A stretch of 62,506 nt of DNA, counting the filler, from Nemertoderma westbladi (taxonomy: Eukaryota > Animalia > Xenacoelomorpha): NCBI GenBank assembly GCA_032718475.1. It is 4 parts of 4 records of this genome, joined end to end, with 100 filler letters (N's around TTAATTAATTAA, not from the genome) between each part and the next. Parts side by side here need not be neighbours in the genome. Positions count along the whole stretch, not along the records: positions 1 to 25,118 come from JAUCBJ010005689.1; 3 more parts are not named here. One strand, written 5' to 3'. The position numbers and the translations under genes were made by a program. The first letter of the stretch is position 1, and each line of letters begins with the position of its first letter. Below, one piece after another: positions 1 through 11,919 of the stretch. The notes beneath the pieces are model-generated. The model was not told the origin of the DNA and searched no databases. It was given only the letters and a program-made list of their open reading frames with translations.

Positions 1-1
1 C

Positions 2-1267
2 GGCCACTGCCCTTTCCGCCTTTGCTTCTGCCGCCGCTGCCTTTCTTTCTGCTTCTGCTTCTGCCGTAGCCGCCGCCTTTTGTTCCTCTATCCTTCTTTT
101 CTTTATTTGTTCTTCTCGGACTCTAGTGAGACGGAGTTTTTCATCACATTCAGCTTGGTTTGCAGCTAACATTTCGGCATCGATCGAGTCCAATATAAGC
201 TTGGTTCCTTCACTATTAGGGGAAAGTCCATGCAGCCGTCTCCTCAACTCTTCGTCTCCTAGGAATCGCTGATAGTCGGACAAATAAATGTCGATAGCGT
301 CTCTAGTTCGCGGTTTCTCGGCGGCCTCTTCGCTTTCCTCTTGAGCAAGGGTGACATCAGTTGGTTCGGTGACATCAGTTGGTTCCTCATAGGTTGATCT
401 CTCAGCCAGCTGGGATTTCCACGGGGCTGTTTCCTGTACTTTGAGATCTACCCGATGTAGCCAAGTTTTGACAGCAACCTGCAGCGACGTGTCCTGTCTT
501 CTTTTGGAAGTTTCCTCAAAGGCTGAGAGGATTAGTCGAATGCGTAGGGTTCTTTCGCGTATTTGATATAGCAGTTCTTCCTGCTCTTGAGGTCCGTGCG
601 GTTGTCGAAACAGCTGCCCTTCCAATCGCTCCAAGGATCCGAAGAATCCCTGCACATATCCTGCTGCCGACCTCTTCCAAACAGCTGGATCCATTGTATC
701 TTGAGCCACTCCCATCCTGTGTATATCTTCCCAAGTAGCCTCGGACAGGTCCAACGGGAGTCCGAGTCCGGGAAAGTTCCATTGTGATTCAACAATAGAT
801 ATCAATTCTTCCCTGGCATATCCTGCGTAATTATCTTGGGTCGCTTGCTTATTCTTCGCCCAGTCGGCTTGATGTTCCTCCACCGCAATGAGTATAGTAG
901 TTAGCACTGCAGCGGGAAGAGTAAGAAGGGGGTCCGAGTAGGCTGTATCAGCCATCTGCACTCCATGTTCGGGAGTCAACTCTACAGTATCCGAACTGCT
1001 GGAGCTATCTGGTCTCTGGGAAGTAGGTTCTTGACCAAGATGTTGCTGCGATAGGACAGCTGCCTCTTGGTCCCGTTTTACCTGTGCCCGAGTGCCTATG
1101 ATGGACCTATGGTGGACTAGCCTAGGGTCTGATACTACTGGAGGGATGACCTTTTTTACAGTAGGAGGTGAGCCGAACTTCTCTCTTATTCGCTCCACAC
1201 TCCTATCTGAATCACAGATAGTGGTCTCGATCAGACTGTCCGACAGGTTTTGCTTAGTGTCAGACAT
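2..1267 (-). CDS. Orphan ORF, 3'-partial (>=422 aa, runs off the window edge); possibly ORF1/gag-like gene of a retroelement
   Basis: Manual translation from ATG at 1267 (MSDTKQNLSDSLIETTICD...EEQKAAATAEAEAEKKAAAAEAKAERAVA) has no stop down to base 2. It is absent from the ORF track, probably because it has no stop. Coiled-coil-like Ala/Glu/Lys end; no recognised domain. Confidence 0.75.
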   Translation of the reverse strand, partial: MSDTKQNLSDSLIETTICDSDRSVERIREKFGSPPTVKKVIPPVVSDPRLVHHRSIIGTRAQVKRDQEAAVLSQQHLGQEPTSQRPDSSSSSDTVELTPEHGVQMADTAYSDPLLTLPAAVLTTILIAVEEHQADWAKNKQATQDNYAGYAREELISIVESQWNFPGLGLPLDLSEATWEDIHRMGVAQDTMDPAVWKRSAAGYVQGFFGSLERLEGQLFRQPHGPQEQEELLYQIRERTLRIRLILSAFEETSKRRQDTSLQVAVKTWLHRVDLKVQETAPWKSQLAERSTYEEPTDVTEPTDVTLAQEESEEAAEKPRTRDAIDIYLSDYQRFLGDEELRRRLHGLSPNSEGTKLILDSIDAEMLAANQAECDEKLRLTRVREEQIKKRRIEEQKAAATAEAEAERKAAAAEAKAERAVA

Positions 1268-2629
1268 GTTTAGTTATACAGTTGAATGTCTACTACTATA
1301 GTTTCAGTTAAAGCAAGTCTAGTAATTCAGTATGACCGCAAGCCTAGCGATTTATTACCGGTACCGTTACTCGGTGTAACGTGATATATACACAATATAT
1401 TAGAATACCGGTATGCTTATAATATATAAGTGTTATTACAGACTAGATGTGTCACAGAGTACCGGTATATAATTTTAGCACAAATATATATATATATATA
1501 TAGTAGGCCTATAATGAATACCGGTATACAGTTTACACTTACAGCATGTAAGTATAATTATGAACTAGAATTAATTACAGAGTACCGGTATGATTTCAGC
1601 TCAAATTTATAGAAATAAATATAATAAGCCTAGGGTAAGTACCGGTATGTCAATTATTTTTAGAATAATTGAATTCGTGAATATTTTAGGGTTACTTAGT
1701 TACTTTAACTTACTTTATTACCGTTATTTAAGCAGTAGTCCAACTGATAGTAAGACCTAGTTGTTGTATGGCAGGCCTACTATTTATAAATCGTTTGATT
1801 TGATTTATAATATTTATATACCCGCTTATATGGGTTTTTTGTCAATATTTGAAATAAATGTTATTATTTCTGGGGGGTCACTACACAGAAGCTGAACGCC
1901 TCTCAGTGAAGTGCTATTTATTTGACACTAAAACTGATAATTCTAATTTACCTAAGTTACTTAATACTACGAATTACTTACGATACGGGTGAGATTAATT
2001 CTCTAATTAAACACAACAAAATATAACGTACGAATTTTTTAGGGTAATTTTACAGGAAGTCTACAAACCAGTCTAACAAAGGGTTAGATTTCTGGCTATT
2101 ACAAAGTACAGGGTACTACGGTATTTGAAAATAATAAGTAGTAGTAAATATATTGCACTGTCCAGATAGGAAAATACCACCGCCTGACGACCTATAACCG
2201 TATCGCTATAGGTACTACGTTATGTATCACGGATTGTTCCTACCCAGAAGCTAATAGAGCTAACGAATGTGCCTATCAACCACTTTACAACACAAATATA
2301 CTGCCTACACTAATTACTTCGGATAGCACTGTACACTAAACCCTAAATTAGGTACAAGTACCGGTATAACAAATAATCAGTAGTTAAATATACTTGAACA
2401 GTTAAAAGAACCACGGCATCTGCTGGAGTGACCGAAGCACAAAGTCGTCAGTCTTTACCTACGCCAAGCAGCCCTGATGTAGTACCGGGGTTAGTTTAAC
2501 TATAACGGTATGTATAACAAGCACAATTACTGTAGGAATAAACTTGGGGACATGAATGTTGCGAATAATCGCATAAACTCTGAATAATAAATATTACGCT
2601 ACCCGTACAGGATACTCAAACAAATACAA

Positions 2630-3150
2630 ACCAAAACGCTGGCAGACTACTATTAAGCCTAAACAAACTACTGTATGTGCAGATTCTGAAACTGTTAGTT
2701 AGTATGCGTTCTAACACGGTAGTACGACTTACTCTTTAAGAGGGGATTGACCTTACCGCTTATGGCTGCCCCAACTTACTAACGGCACTTGATCAGACCA
2801 ACTCTACACACGCAGCAATCCCTTCAAACCCAAAAATAGCTAGACAACAATCCAGCCTACAAATATTTGAGTAATAACTATTACGGTACCTGAACAGACC
2901 ACACAAACAAACACAGGCTAAAACACTGGTAGACTACGATCAAGCCTAAATAAACTACAGTATATGCAGACTCTGAAACTGTTAGTTAGTATGCGTGCTA
3001 ACACGGTAGTACGACTTATTCTTTAAGAGGGGATTGACCTTACCGCTTATGGCTGCCCCAACTTACTAACGGCACTTTATCAGACAAACTCTACACACGC
3101 CGTAATCTCTCCAAACCCAACCACAGTCAGACAGCAGCTCAGCCTACAAT
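2630..3150. repeat. Two direct copies offset by 287 bp with a near-identical ~130-bp core
   Basis: ctgaaactgttagttagtatgcgt...actctacacacgc at 2685-2813 and 2972-3100; flanks visibly more diverged than the core. Confidence 0.95.
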
Positions 3151-3410
3151 TATCTGAACAATCTGAGCAGGGTCACACGCCTTCTGCTCAATATTAGCCT
3201 ACTAGTAAATAAAACCGACAGAAATAAGTAGAATCTCAAATAAAAAATCAGGGCGGCCGTTCCCTGATTAAGTACCAAGACCTACCGGTATACAACAATC
3301 AAAATCGAATAATACTAATGTACTTGCACAGCAGTACCGGTACCGGTGATGACAGTTAGGCCTACTGACCTACAAAGTACCGGTTCAGCTTTACCAGTCA
3401 CTACGGTAGT

Positions 3411-3545
3411 TTGCAACCCTATTGCCTACTGCAATAAGATTGTAAACCGTTACTGTTCGCCAGAACAGTATTAAACTGTATTTAATGCCTACACTTGCAA
3501 CCTTATTGCCTACTGCAATAAGATTATAAACTGTTACTGTTCGCG
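3411..3545. repeat. Direct duplication, 84-bp offset, each copy with a hairpin
   Basis: ttgcaaccYtattgcctactgcaataagattRtaaacYgttactgttcgc at 3411 and 3495. Confidence 0.9.
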
Positions 3546-4967
3546 CTTTTGAAGACCTTTAGCAGTTTAACCTGCCAAAATTTATATGTCTTCTAGTTAA
3601 TTAAAACCACTTTAGCATACGACAATATTTTATGCTAATACGCAAAACATTAGCCGAAGTCAGCCCATGCGCGATCATTCACCCGATGGATCTACACCCG
3701 GGAGACTGAATTCGGATGCTTGAATTGGATTATTACAGTGTAAGGTTGCAGTGTATACCTAATGTATTATTCGATAGATCGTTAATAATTAATCTCTGAC
3801 AGATATTATTGGCTTTCGGGAAATATTAACAGTTCCTTTAGGACGTGGCGCTTTATCTATTTAAACAGAACTAAGACTTATACTAAACGCAACGATACTG
3901 CTTATGATTAAAGTATAAAACGTATTCTTTAGGAAATACTTTGTTACCAATCACAATCATACACACTATTCTGCCGACAGTCAGTACATTTGATCACACA
4001 TAAAGAGAGCAGTAATTGACTCACGTAGGGTCTGCTAAATAACATTGGATTCAATACACACCACATTAATATAAATCGCAATTGTTATATATAGCCGGTC
4101 TCTCTAACCTGTAGTGTTATCAAGAAAATTGGGAATTGGGTGATTTATCCGTATTATCCAAATAGCAATATTTCCATCAACAAATATTTAAAATTAATAA
4201 CTGACGGTAAAATAACAATACAAACAATATGATTAATGCAATTAAATTAAGTGAGTATGTTAATTAAGATTGATCAATTAGGTAACAGTTTATACTTTCG
4301 ATAATTCAAGCAGTTTACGGTACAGCAGTATCTATCCAAAATGCCGGTGTTTCTGGCTTAGACAGCAATAACAACAAAGTATCAAGAAAAAACAGTAAGA
4401 CTGAACACTCTCCTTATGATCGGCAGAAAAGCTACACGTCGACAGGAAAAACCGCCCTGATTGGCCCAAGCCAAACAAAGAACCACGCGTCCAATGGCTG
4501 TTTCCATGTCAGCAACCAGCTGCTAGATGTCGTAATATGAATCATCACGGCTAAGCTGTGAAAGGTGGTTGGTGCATTACAAGTTTTTTGTCTTACCATG
4601 TCCGCTAAAACACGTATATAGCAGAATGATTTTTATGTCCGTTAAAACACCTGTAAAGGTACCTTGCGGGCGAGGGGAATATATATACAGTTAGAAAACC
4701 TTTTTAGAGTATTCCAGCGCCTGGGGGGGAACTGGCCAGCAAAGGCAAACGTATCAGTTATCCCACAAAAGCTTTTACAGTGATACATTATACAAACTAC
4801 TGTAACAGTAACAGTTGATGTTTGATTACTGTCTGGGGGCTTATCCATTCAATCTATAGTAGTAGCTTGAGTACCAGCTGCTGGTGTTTCTATCGTTGAG
4901 TTGATGGCAATTTTCGTGTTTTCATTTTCGCTCACTCCAGGGTACTGGTTTGAGGGGCAGGTTCGTT

Positions 4968-5463
4968 TAAACGCCCATGTGAAGAAATACCAGGATTTCA
5001 GTTTTCGGTCGACTTTTTATTGGAAATTTATATATCAAGATTTTTAATTTTTTTTAATTTATCTTTGCCCATGTGAAGAATACCAGACTTTCTGCCGTTA
5101 TATTTCACTTTGCAGTTACCCCCATGTGAAGAATATCAGGTTTTCACCAAAAACACAGGTTACAGAAGAGCTGAATCTAACCAAAACAATAAACGAATTA
5201 GTATATGTACAGGTAATAAGACAGAAATAAGCGTTATAAAACACTTAATAAAGATAAATTAAAAAATCTTCAAATATAAAATTCCAATAAAAAGTCGACC
5301 GAAAAGTGAAATTCTGATATTCTTCACATGGGCGTTTATTGTTTTGGTTAGATTCAGCCCTTCTGTACCCTATGTACAGTATTTGGTGAAAATCTGGTAT
5401 TCTTCACATTGGGGTAACTGCAAAGTGAAATATAACGGCAGAAAGTCTGGTATTCTACACATT
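4968..5463. mobile_element. Foldback/MITE-like element with two interleaved inverted-repeat pairs and repeated cccatgtgaagaa motifs
   Basis: 4968-5035 is inverted at 5274-5340; 5068-5195 is inverted at ~5333-5463. Carries the cgtttattgttttggttag core motif. Confidence 0.8.
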
Positions 5464-5584
5464 GGCCGTTCAATTACTGCTTTAATTGTGTTTGTGCCTG
5501 ACCAACAATCCCTAACCATAAAACAAACCAATATCCCAGTCAGTACCTGATCTTAACACAATAATCACCCATCAATTATCACAT

Positions 5585-5822
5585 CTCCCGTAGGTCGTGG
5601 GTTCGATCCTCACATGGGCCAGGGCAGTTTTCGTTTCGGCACGAATGCTTTAAAGGGACCAGCCAGGGCGCATCTCTGCCTTGCATCCTTAAGTGGTCGC
5701 TAAATGAGTACTGGAGTTTCCTCTGGGGAGTAAAGTTCTGAGGTGACCGTACTGGAAATAAGTCGTCAGACTTTGTGCGTAATCCCTGGCCTAGCGGCCG
5801 AAGGAAATTTACTTTTACTTTA
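5585..5822 (+). mobile_element. tRNA-derived SINE, MetaSINE-like, 5'-truncated
   Basis: B-box gggttcgatcc; central gccttgcatccttaagtggtcgctaaatgagtactgg resembles the Meta conserved domain (from memory); (TTTAC)n tail. Confidence 0.65.
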
Positions 5823-6145
5823 GCCCCAGTAAAATAAGGCTGTATGTTTTCCATAAAAAAAAAGTGGCGCCTCTAGGCCTATAGTTTGTGCCAAAACAAT
5901 AAACGAAAATGAAAGTAAAAGTAAAAACAGTCTAACATCATAGGCCCTAACGCTATGGGCCCTTCCCAGAACCTAACGGGACCGATTAGGACCTAACGCA
6001 ACGCTACTGCATAGTGCACATTACCGAGTTGAGGCATTAGTGCAGAGCAGTGCAGTAGTGCTAGGATAAGCTATTCTCTGACTAATTCGTGTACCGGTAG
6101 CGCTGTTGAACAATATTCTCGTATTATAAATCTAAATAAATTAAA

Positions 6146-6742
6146 ATGGGACAATTTCTTATCCCGGAAGAAGAATGGAGTACAGGGGAGAAAAAGAAAT
6201 TCCAGTCGACACTATGGGATGCGTCGAGCATGAAAAACACTCTGGACGACGCGGCCAAGACGATATTCGTTGACGGGTTTAAGTACAAAGAGAGCCATCG
6301 TCTAATCGATGGTAGACTAGCTATCAGTCTGTTAGCCTGCAGTTGTGCTGCCTTCGCCCTGGTCTGGGACTATCTGAATCCTTTCCCACAAAGCAGACCT
6401 GTGCTGATCGCCTGTGTAGCGGCGTATTACGTTGTTACCTGCGTGCTCACGGCCCACATGGTCTGGTGGGAGAAGAACATCTTTATGCGGGCTTACCAGA
6501 CGGATCCAGCGGGATTGGATCCCGACAGCGTATGGACCTTGTCCTCCAACCTTCCCCGGTACACTACGGACTACACCATCACTGTACAGTTCAAGGATGG
6601 GTCCACTGGTAGCCTAAACGAGGTGTCTATAACGAAACCGATGAGTGTCTGGTACGACGGAACCGGCCTGCTACTGCAGAGTCAATATGAACCCGAGATA
6701 AGGAAGCTTCACGACCAACTCATCAGTAAGAAGAAGGATTAG
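6146..6742 (+). CDS. SPCS2: Signal peptidase complex subunit 2 (SPC25), intronless
   Basis: WDASSMKNTLDD, LIDGRL, ALVWDYLNPFPQSRPVL and DPAGLDPDSVWTLSS match the metazoan SPCS2 pattern; two TM segments; full-length single ORF. Confidence 0.95.
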   Translation: MGQFLIPEEEWSTGEKKKFQSTLWDASSMKNTLDDAAKTIFVDGFKYKESHRLIDGRLAISLLACSCAAFALVWDYLNPFPQSRPVLIACVAAYYVVTCVLTAHMVWWEKNIFMRAYQTDPAGLDPDSVWTLSSNLPRYTTDYTITVQFKDGSTGSLNEVSITKPMSVWYDGTGLLLQSQYEPEIRKLHDQLISKKKD

Positions 6743-7266
6743 CTACCGGATGACCACCGGACTAGAACTGCGGAACGCTAAATATCCGTTTCATTGGTGT
6801 TGTTATTGTTTGTGATTCACTGAGATAGACATATTATTCTGTACTTTCGGAAACTTCCACAATGTTTGGGAACTGGTGGCAATACTACTGTAATACATGA
6901 CCTAGTATATCAACTGGAATATATTTACGACTCCAATATATGTTCGGAATAGGTTTTTCTATGTTAGATCTATATTTATATTTCTTGAGCTAAATAAATG
7001 GGATGTTCAGATGTTTGCCTTCGATATATATGTGTTCTTATAATCTGGTTTTAGACCAAGCGATATTCAACAACTTCGATTATGTGACATTTTTACCTCG
7101 TTAAATAAACGCCAACTATGTAGTTGTACAGAAAAACGATTCGATTTAGATCTATTGTCATATAGAGACATATAGATCTAGACGATTAGATTTGGCCACT
7201 TTGTGGGCGTATAGACTACCGTTTCAGTTGTTTATGTTTCCTAATTAATTCCGATGTATGTACTGC

Positions 7267-7488
7267 AGATAGGGGGGAAACTGGACGCAATAAAAATTAA
7301 TCCCTCTAAATAACAGCTGATTAGACTCACAATTAAAACTGTAACCTGTTCTATTGTGTTTAGTTTATTGTTTTGGTTAAAATAACGTGCCACTGTAACC
7401 TGCGCCTTCCCCTAAATTGAGAATTTAACATTGAGGCGGGATATTAATTCGCCAAGGCGGGTTTTGCGTCCAGTTTCCCCCCTGTCTC
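7267..7488. mobile_element. MITE with ~25-bp TIRs
   Basis: agataggggggaaactggacgcaa at 7267 and ttttgcgtccagtttcccccctgtct ending at 7488; internal gtttattgttttggtt...ctgtaacctg core. Confidence 0.8.
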
Positions 7489-8559
7489 ATGTACTGAGGC
7501 CGTAGTTCCATCACATTTACAAAAAAGGTGCCAAAACGGCTCCATCGTGAAGGTTACGCAGAATTTTGGTACCCAATAGACCGATATATTCCATGTAATA
7601 GTATATCCGGAATAAAATATCTTTCCCATAGCAACAGATAAACAGGAAATTCTAGAATTTATCTAATTTTAAGATAGTTTGAACACGAAAAGTACAAATG
7701 CCATCAACTCTAAGGGAAAGATAATGTAAATATAGCTCTTTGTTTATTTACATAGCAATTAGCTTTAATACATGTTTATTTTTATAATTTGAACAATAAA
7801 AACCCGATATATATATACATATATACACCATCTCCCTTAATACAACAACCATTTTTTGGGGGTCGGAGACCCCTAATTTTTTATCAAATTTCAATCATAA
7901 GCTACGAAATTTGGTATGATGATAGTTCGACAATTTTTCTTACTGCTGGCAGAGCCTGATTTTTGAATTCTGATCTATTTCGATACAACAAGACGTTAAA
8001 AAACGCATTTTTAACAATATTTAACCATCTCTGTTGGCTTTATTCTTGTCTATTGAATGTAATCTATATATTATGAGAACCGCCTTTATCTGCAGATACC
8101 GAATCTGAAAACTGTTTTAACTGAAAACTATAATTCTAATGTTTTATTTACTCAATTCTAGAATATTAATTACGTGTTATGAAGAAATAAAATGGAGAGT
8201 TTTAAGTGCTCAACTGAATAATGATTAATATTCTAGAATAAAGACAAAAAACATTAGAATTATAGCGATTTACGTTTCTGAATTTACACTTAGTATTTTG
8301 ATTATATCTTTGGCAATTTTTGGTGAAATTTAAAACGGTTTTCAGATTCGGAATTTGAATAATATAGATATTTGGATGCATTAAAGTCATGATTAGCCAC
8401 GATTGTCTTTCAAATTTTTGGGTAATGATCGATTCTAAACCAAAATTTATTGGAGATTTCAAATCTGAAGACGGTTTTTCGAGATCTCAACCAGTTCTTG
8501 TTTTTTTATAGCTATTTCAATAGAGGTGTGTTTAGCTACAGTAGCACTACACTTTGTCC

Positions 8560-9125
8560 TTGTCTGTCTGTCAAAAACTAAGAAAGCATACCACAAAAAT
8601 ATTCGTTATATTATACATTATTATGGGAGGTTTCTAGGTCCGTGATTTCTCTGTCTGTTGGTCGGTCTGTCTGTCAAAATCTACAAAGACAGACATGTAC
8701 TGTAGACTGACATTCTAGATATTGTCAAACCTAAAAACTGACATCGGATATGAAATCCCCGTCCAGTAAAACCTCTATTGTGATTTTTGTATTTGTATTT
8801 TTGTTAATGTTATGCTATCTTAGTTTTTTAACAGACAGACAAACGGAAAGACATACATACATGCAGACAGACATTCTAAATATGGCAAACCTAAAAACTG
8901 ACATCGGATATGAAATGGCAGCCCAGGAAAACCCATATAGCGTGAATATTAGGTAATGCAATGCTTTCTTAGTTTTTGACAGACAGACCGAAAGACAGAC
9001 AGACAGTCCGGATTCCTGCAAATTTAAAAAATGACATCGAAAATGATATCACCGTCCAAGAAAACCCCCAATGTGAAAATTTTACGCCGGTGAAATAATT
9101 ATTTTGTTTTTGACAGACAAACTGA
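8560..9125. repeat. Degenerate ~140-160-bp tandem units with (GACA)n microsatellites; Helentron/HINE (DINE-1)-like non-autonomous element
   Basis: aaacctaaaaactgacatcggatatgaaat at ~8727 and ~8887, a diverged third copy at ~9025, separated by acagacagac runs. Confidence 0.6.
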
Positions 9126-10309
9126 GTGGCATGCTCTAACTTGTAAATTTTTTGAAAATGTAGTTAAAAAAAACTATGAAGGCCTTTTTTTCAAATGAAA
9201 TTTTCCAGTTTTTTTTAATATTTAGGTCGACTTTTCTCAGGAACTACTAGATGGAATTTAGTAAAATTTGGCATTCCAAATTTGAATACGGCGAATACGC
9301 TGAACCAAAAACTTCTCAATCTCCGCCGGGTGTTTTTGAGTTAAACCATATTTTGCGGTAAATAATTGGTTAAATCAAATTTATTAATAGAAAATATGAT
9401 TAAAATTTCAATCATTTTGGTAATTTTTTCGCTTCCACACCTCGAGACAAATGATTTCAACATTCTCACCAAATGTTAGGAAAATCCGTTAAGCCAATCT
9501 CGAAATAAATGTTGGCCTACATTTGTGTTAATAGTGAAATACTATAAATGATAATAAAATAAAATAAATAATAATGGAATTTTGACAGCGGGCTGGTGGT
9601 CCCCTTAATTAAAGTACTTGCAATTTTCATCGATTTTCCCCAGCACAACTCAACTGAGTAAGTCGTATTACAAACATAATCCAGCAATCCCACATAAATG
9701 GATTGAGTGATATTACCCAAAATGAACGAAAAATTTCCGAAAATTTACAAAATATTCCAAGTTCTCAAGGAATTTTATTTATTGATACCGATCGCCAGCG
9801 AGATTAATAAGAAAAACGTCGAGAGAATATTGAAAAATCCAAGTAATAAATAATTATTTTTTACTTTTTTTATATAAAAATTATTGAAATACTTTCGAAA
9901 ATTTTTGAAAGTTTCAATATTTTTATCGATAAAATATGAAAAATGAAATAAAAAAGGGTAAAAAAAGAAGAGAAAATGAACAAATATTTGTGTAAGAACA
10001 CAAGTATTTATGGCGGATATACATGACTCTGTATAAAACAACCTTTTTCTCCGTCGAATTTGACATTTTTCATCACTAAATTCCCTACTACTTTTTTTAT
10101 TTTCTCTCAATTTTCATCAAGCATAATGCCATCACAACATAGCATCTTTTGTACTAATATCCTGAGCATTGGTTTTCTAAGACATCTCCATTTTTGTATG
10201 TTCTAGAATCGAATTGTGTAACTGCCATCCTTTGTCTCTCTCAAAATAATGATACCCAAAATATTGCCCGAATGTACTAAAACCCCCATAAATTTTTACC
10301 CACATTAAT

Positions 10310-11321
10310 TTTTTTAAAAGCTTTCGACATGGTAGATCGAAAAATACTCTTATGGAAAATTTATTCACAGTTTAATAAAGGGAAGCTATATTGTTTAATC
10401 AAAGGAATTCTCAACAACTCGATTAAAATATATGACGGAGTTCGGTATTCATCACATTATACAACGGAGGAATCAGCTGTCCAATCCGGGCTAGATGAGT
10501 TACATCTCTGGTGCAAAAAGAACAAAATGAGTCTAAATTTGGACAAGACTAATTAATAATGAAGTTCCGAAGAGGCGGTAGACTGGCCACCCAAGACAAA
10601 TTATTTTTCAGCGGCGAGCCAGTTGAAGATAGCAACTAACAGGTATGTTTATCTGGGAATCACTCTCCAGCCGACACTGTGTTTCACACAGCATATAGAA
10701 AACAAGAAGCAACATTCTTACTCATTAATAGGTTGCCACAGACATATCCATCTCGTCTCTATTGAAACTGGCTTAAAAAATTTCAAAATGAAAATTTATC
10801 CTGCCGTATCATACAACTTCCCTGAAATTGCTGAATATTTTACTCTCGCAAACTTAAAGGAAATTGATAAAATCAAATCCAAATTTCTTAATCGCCTCCT
10901 TTGTCTGCCATCTAACTCGTCAGCTACCTTGGCTCACCATCTTACCAAGTGCAACACCTTAGTAGAAGACATTGTAGAACTAGACCCAGGAGTTCCAAAA
11001 CCGTTTGTTCTCGAAGAATATCGTCAGGGTCATGCAGAACGACAAACAAACTTGGAAAATGGAAACTACACTGCAGGCCCAGCGTTTAGCTGTTCAACGT
11101 GGAAACCAATCAAATCGAAACGTTGTAACCAGGGCAACCGCCGATGGTTTTCACCATCTGATATGCGTGAACTCGACTCCATTTCACGACCTTTCCCGAC
11201 GGATTGTTTTTGTAAATTCTGCGGCGAAATAGCCGCTAACCGCTATCAGGTGTTAACCTGTACCTTTTCCCCATCACTTTCAAGTCTAGCGTTGATAGAA
11301 CCTTTATTTGGTTACTTTTAA
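10310..11321 (+). pseudogene. Degenerate non-LTR retrotransposon (RT fragment plus C-terminal Cys/His motif)
   Basis: KAFDMVDR, WCKKNKMSLNLDKT, YVYLGITL and CFCKFCG motifs, broken by stops, frameshifts and an internal deletion. Confidence 0.8.
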
Positions 11322-11919
11322 AGGATATTATTTTCAATTTATAATATTTTACTTAAAACTTTGTTAACTTTAATTAATATATAATTTATAAATAAAGTCA
11401 TCAATTGCCCCGCATGGGGGCGTAAGTAAAAAAAAAACATTAATTTTATCCCGAAATTTCCATAGAAGATAGCCAACATATCTAGGTCCATTCCAAGTCT
11501 TGGACTGAGAACTTCCTTATACATGAAATATTTCACATGTAATTAAAAGCATCAAATGTATAAAAAAATTTCAAAAACCGACACCAGCAACAAAAGTAGG
11601 AAATTTTTCGAACAATAGAGTTTACGAAGCTATCCGTTTACTTACTCAGGTTTGAATAGGAAAAGATTACAGATCATTGTGTTAAAAAGCTCAATAATGA
11701 TGATAATTATATAAAGATGAAGCTCTCTATCGGGTCAGACCCCCCCCCCCCCCCCCCCCACAACCCGTAATATAAAATCTAAGTCCATTCGTCGGTCAGA
11801 GTGCCGGGTGTCCGGCACCAGTAGTATTATTTTAAATTACATAAAATGGGGTTAATTCGCAATAATAGTAATAAAGAAAATAGTTGTTTATATTGCCACT
11901 AGTCTGTGAGTACTTTATA

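Larger units (their letters stand above)
1268..4581 (-). mobile_element. Putative LTR plus long structured 5' leader of the element carrying the edge ORF
   Basis: Minus strand starts TGTAATGCA at 4581, with a matching CTTACA end near 3738. CCAAT boxes at ~4458-4497; many hairpins and internal duplications between 2190 and 3640. No convincing PBS found. Confidence 0.35.

Noticed and set aside
4642-4848. KRFSNCIYIPL resembling AAA-ATPase RRFEKRIYIPL
   Set aside because: Too short, no Walker motifs, surrounded by stops.
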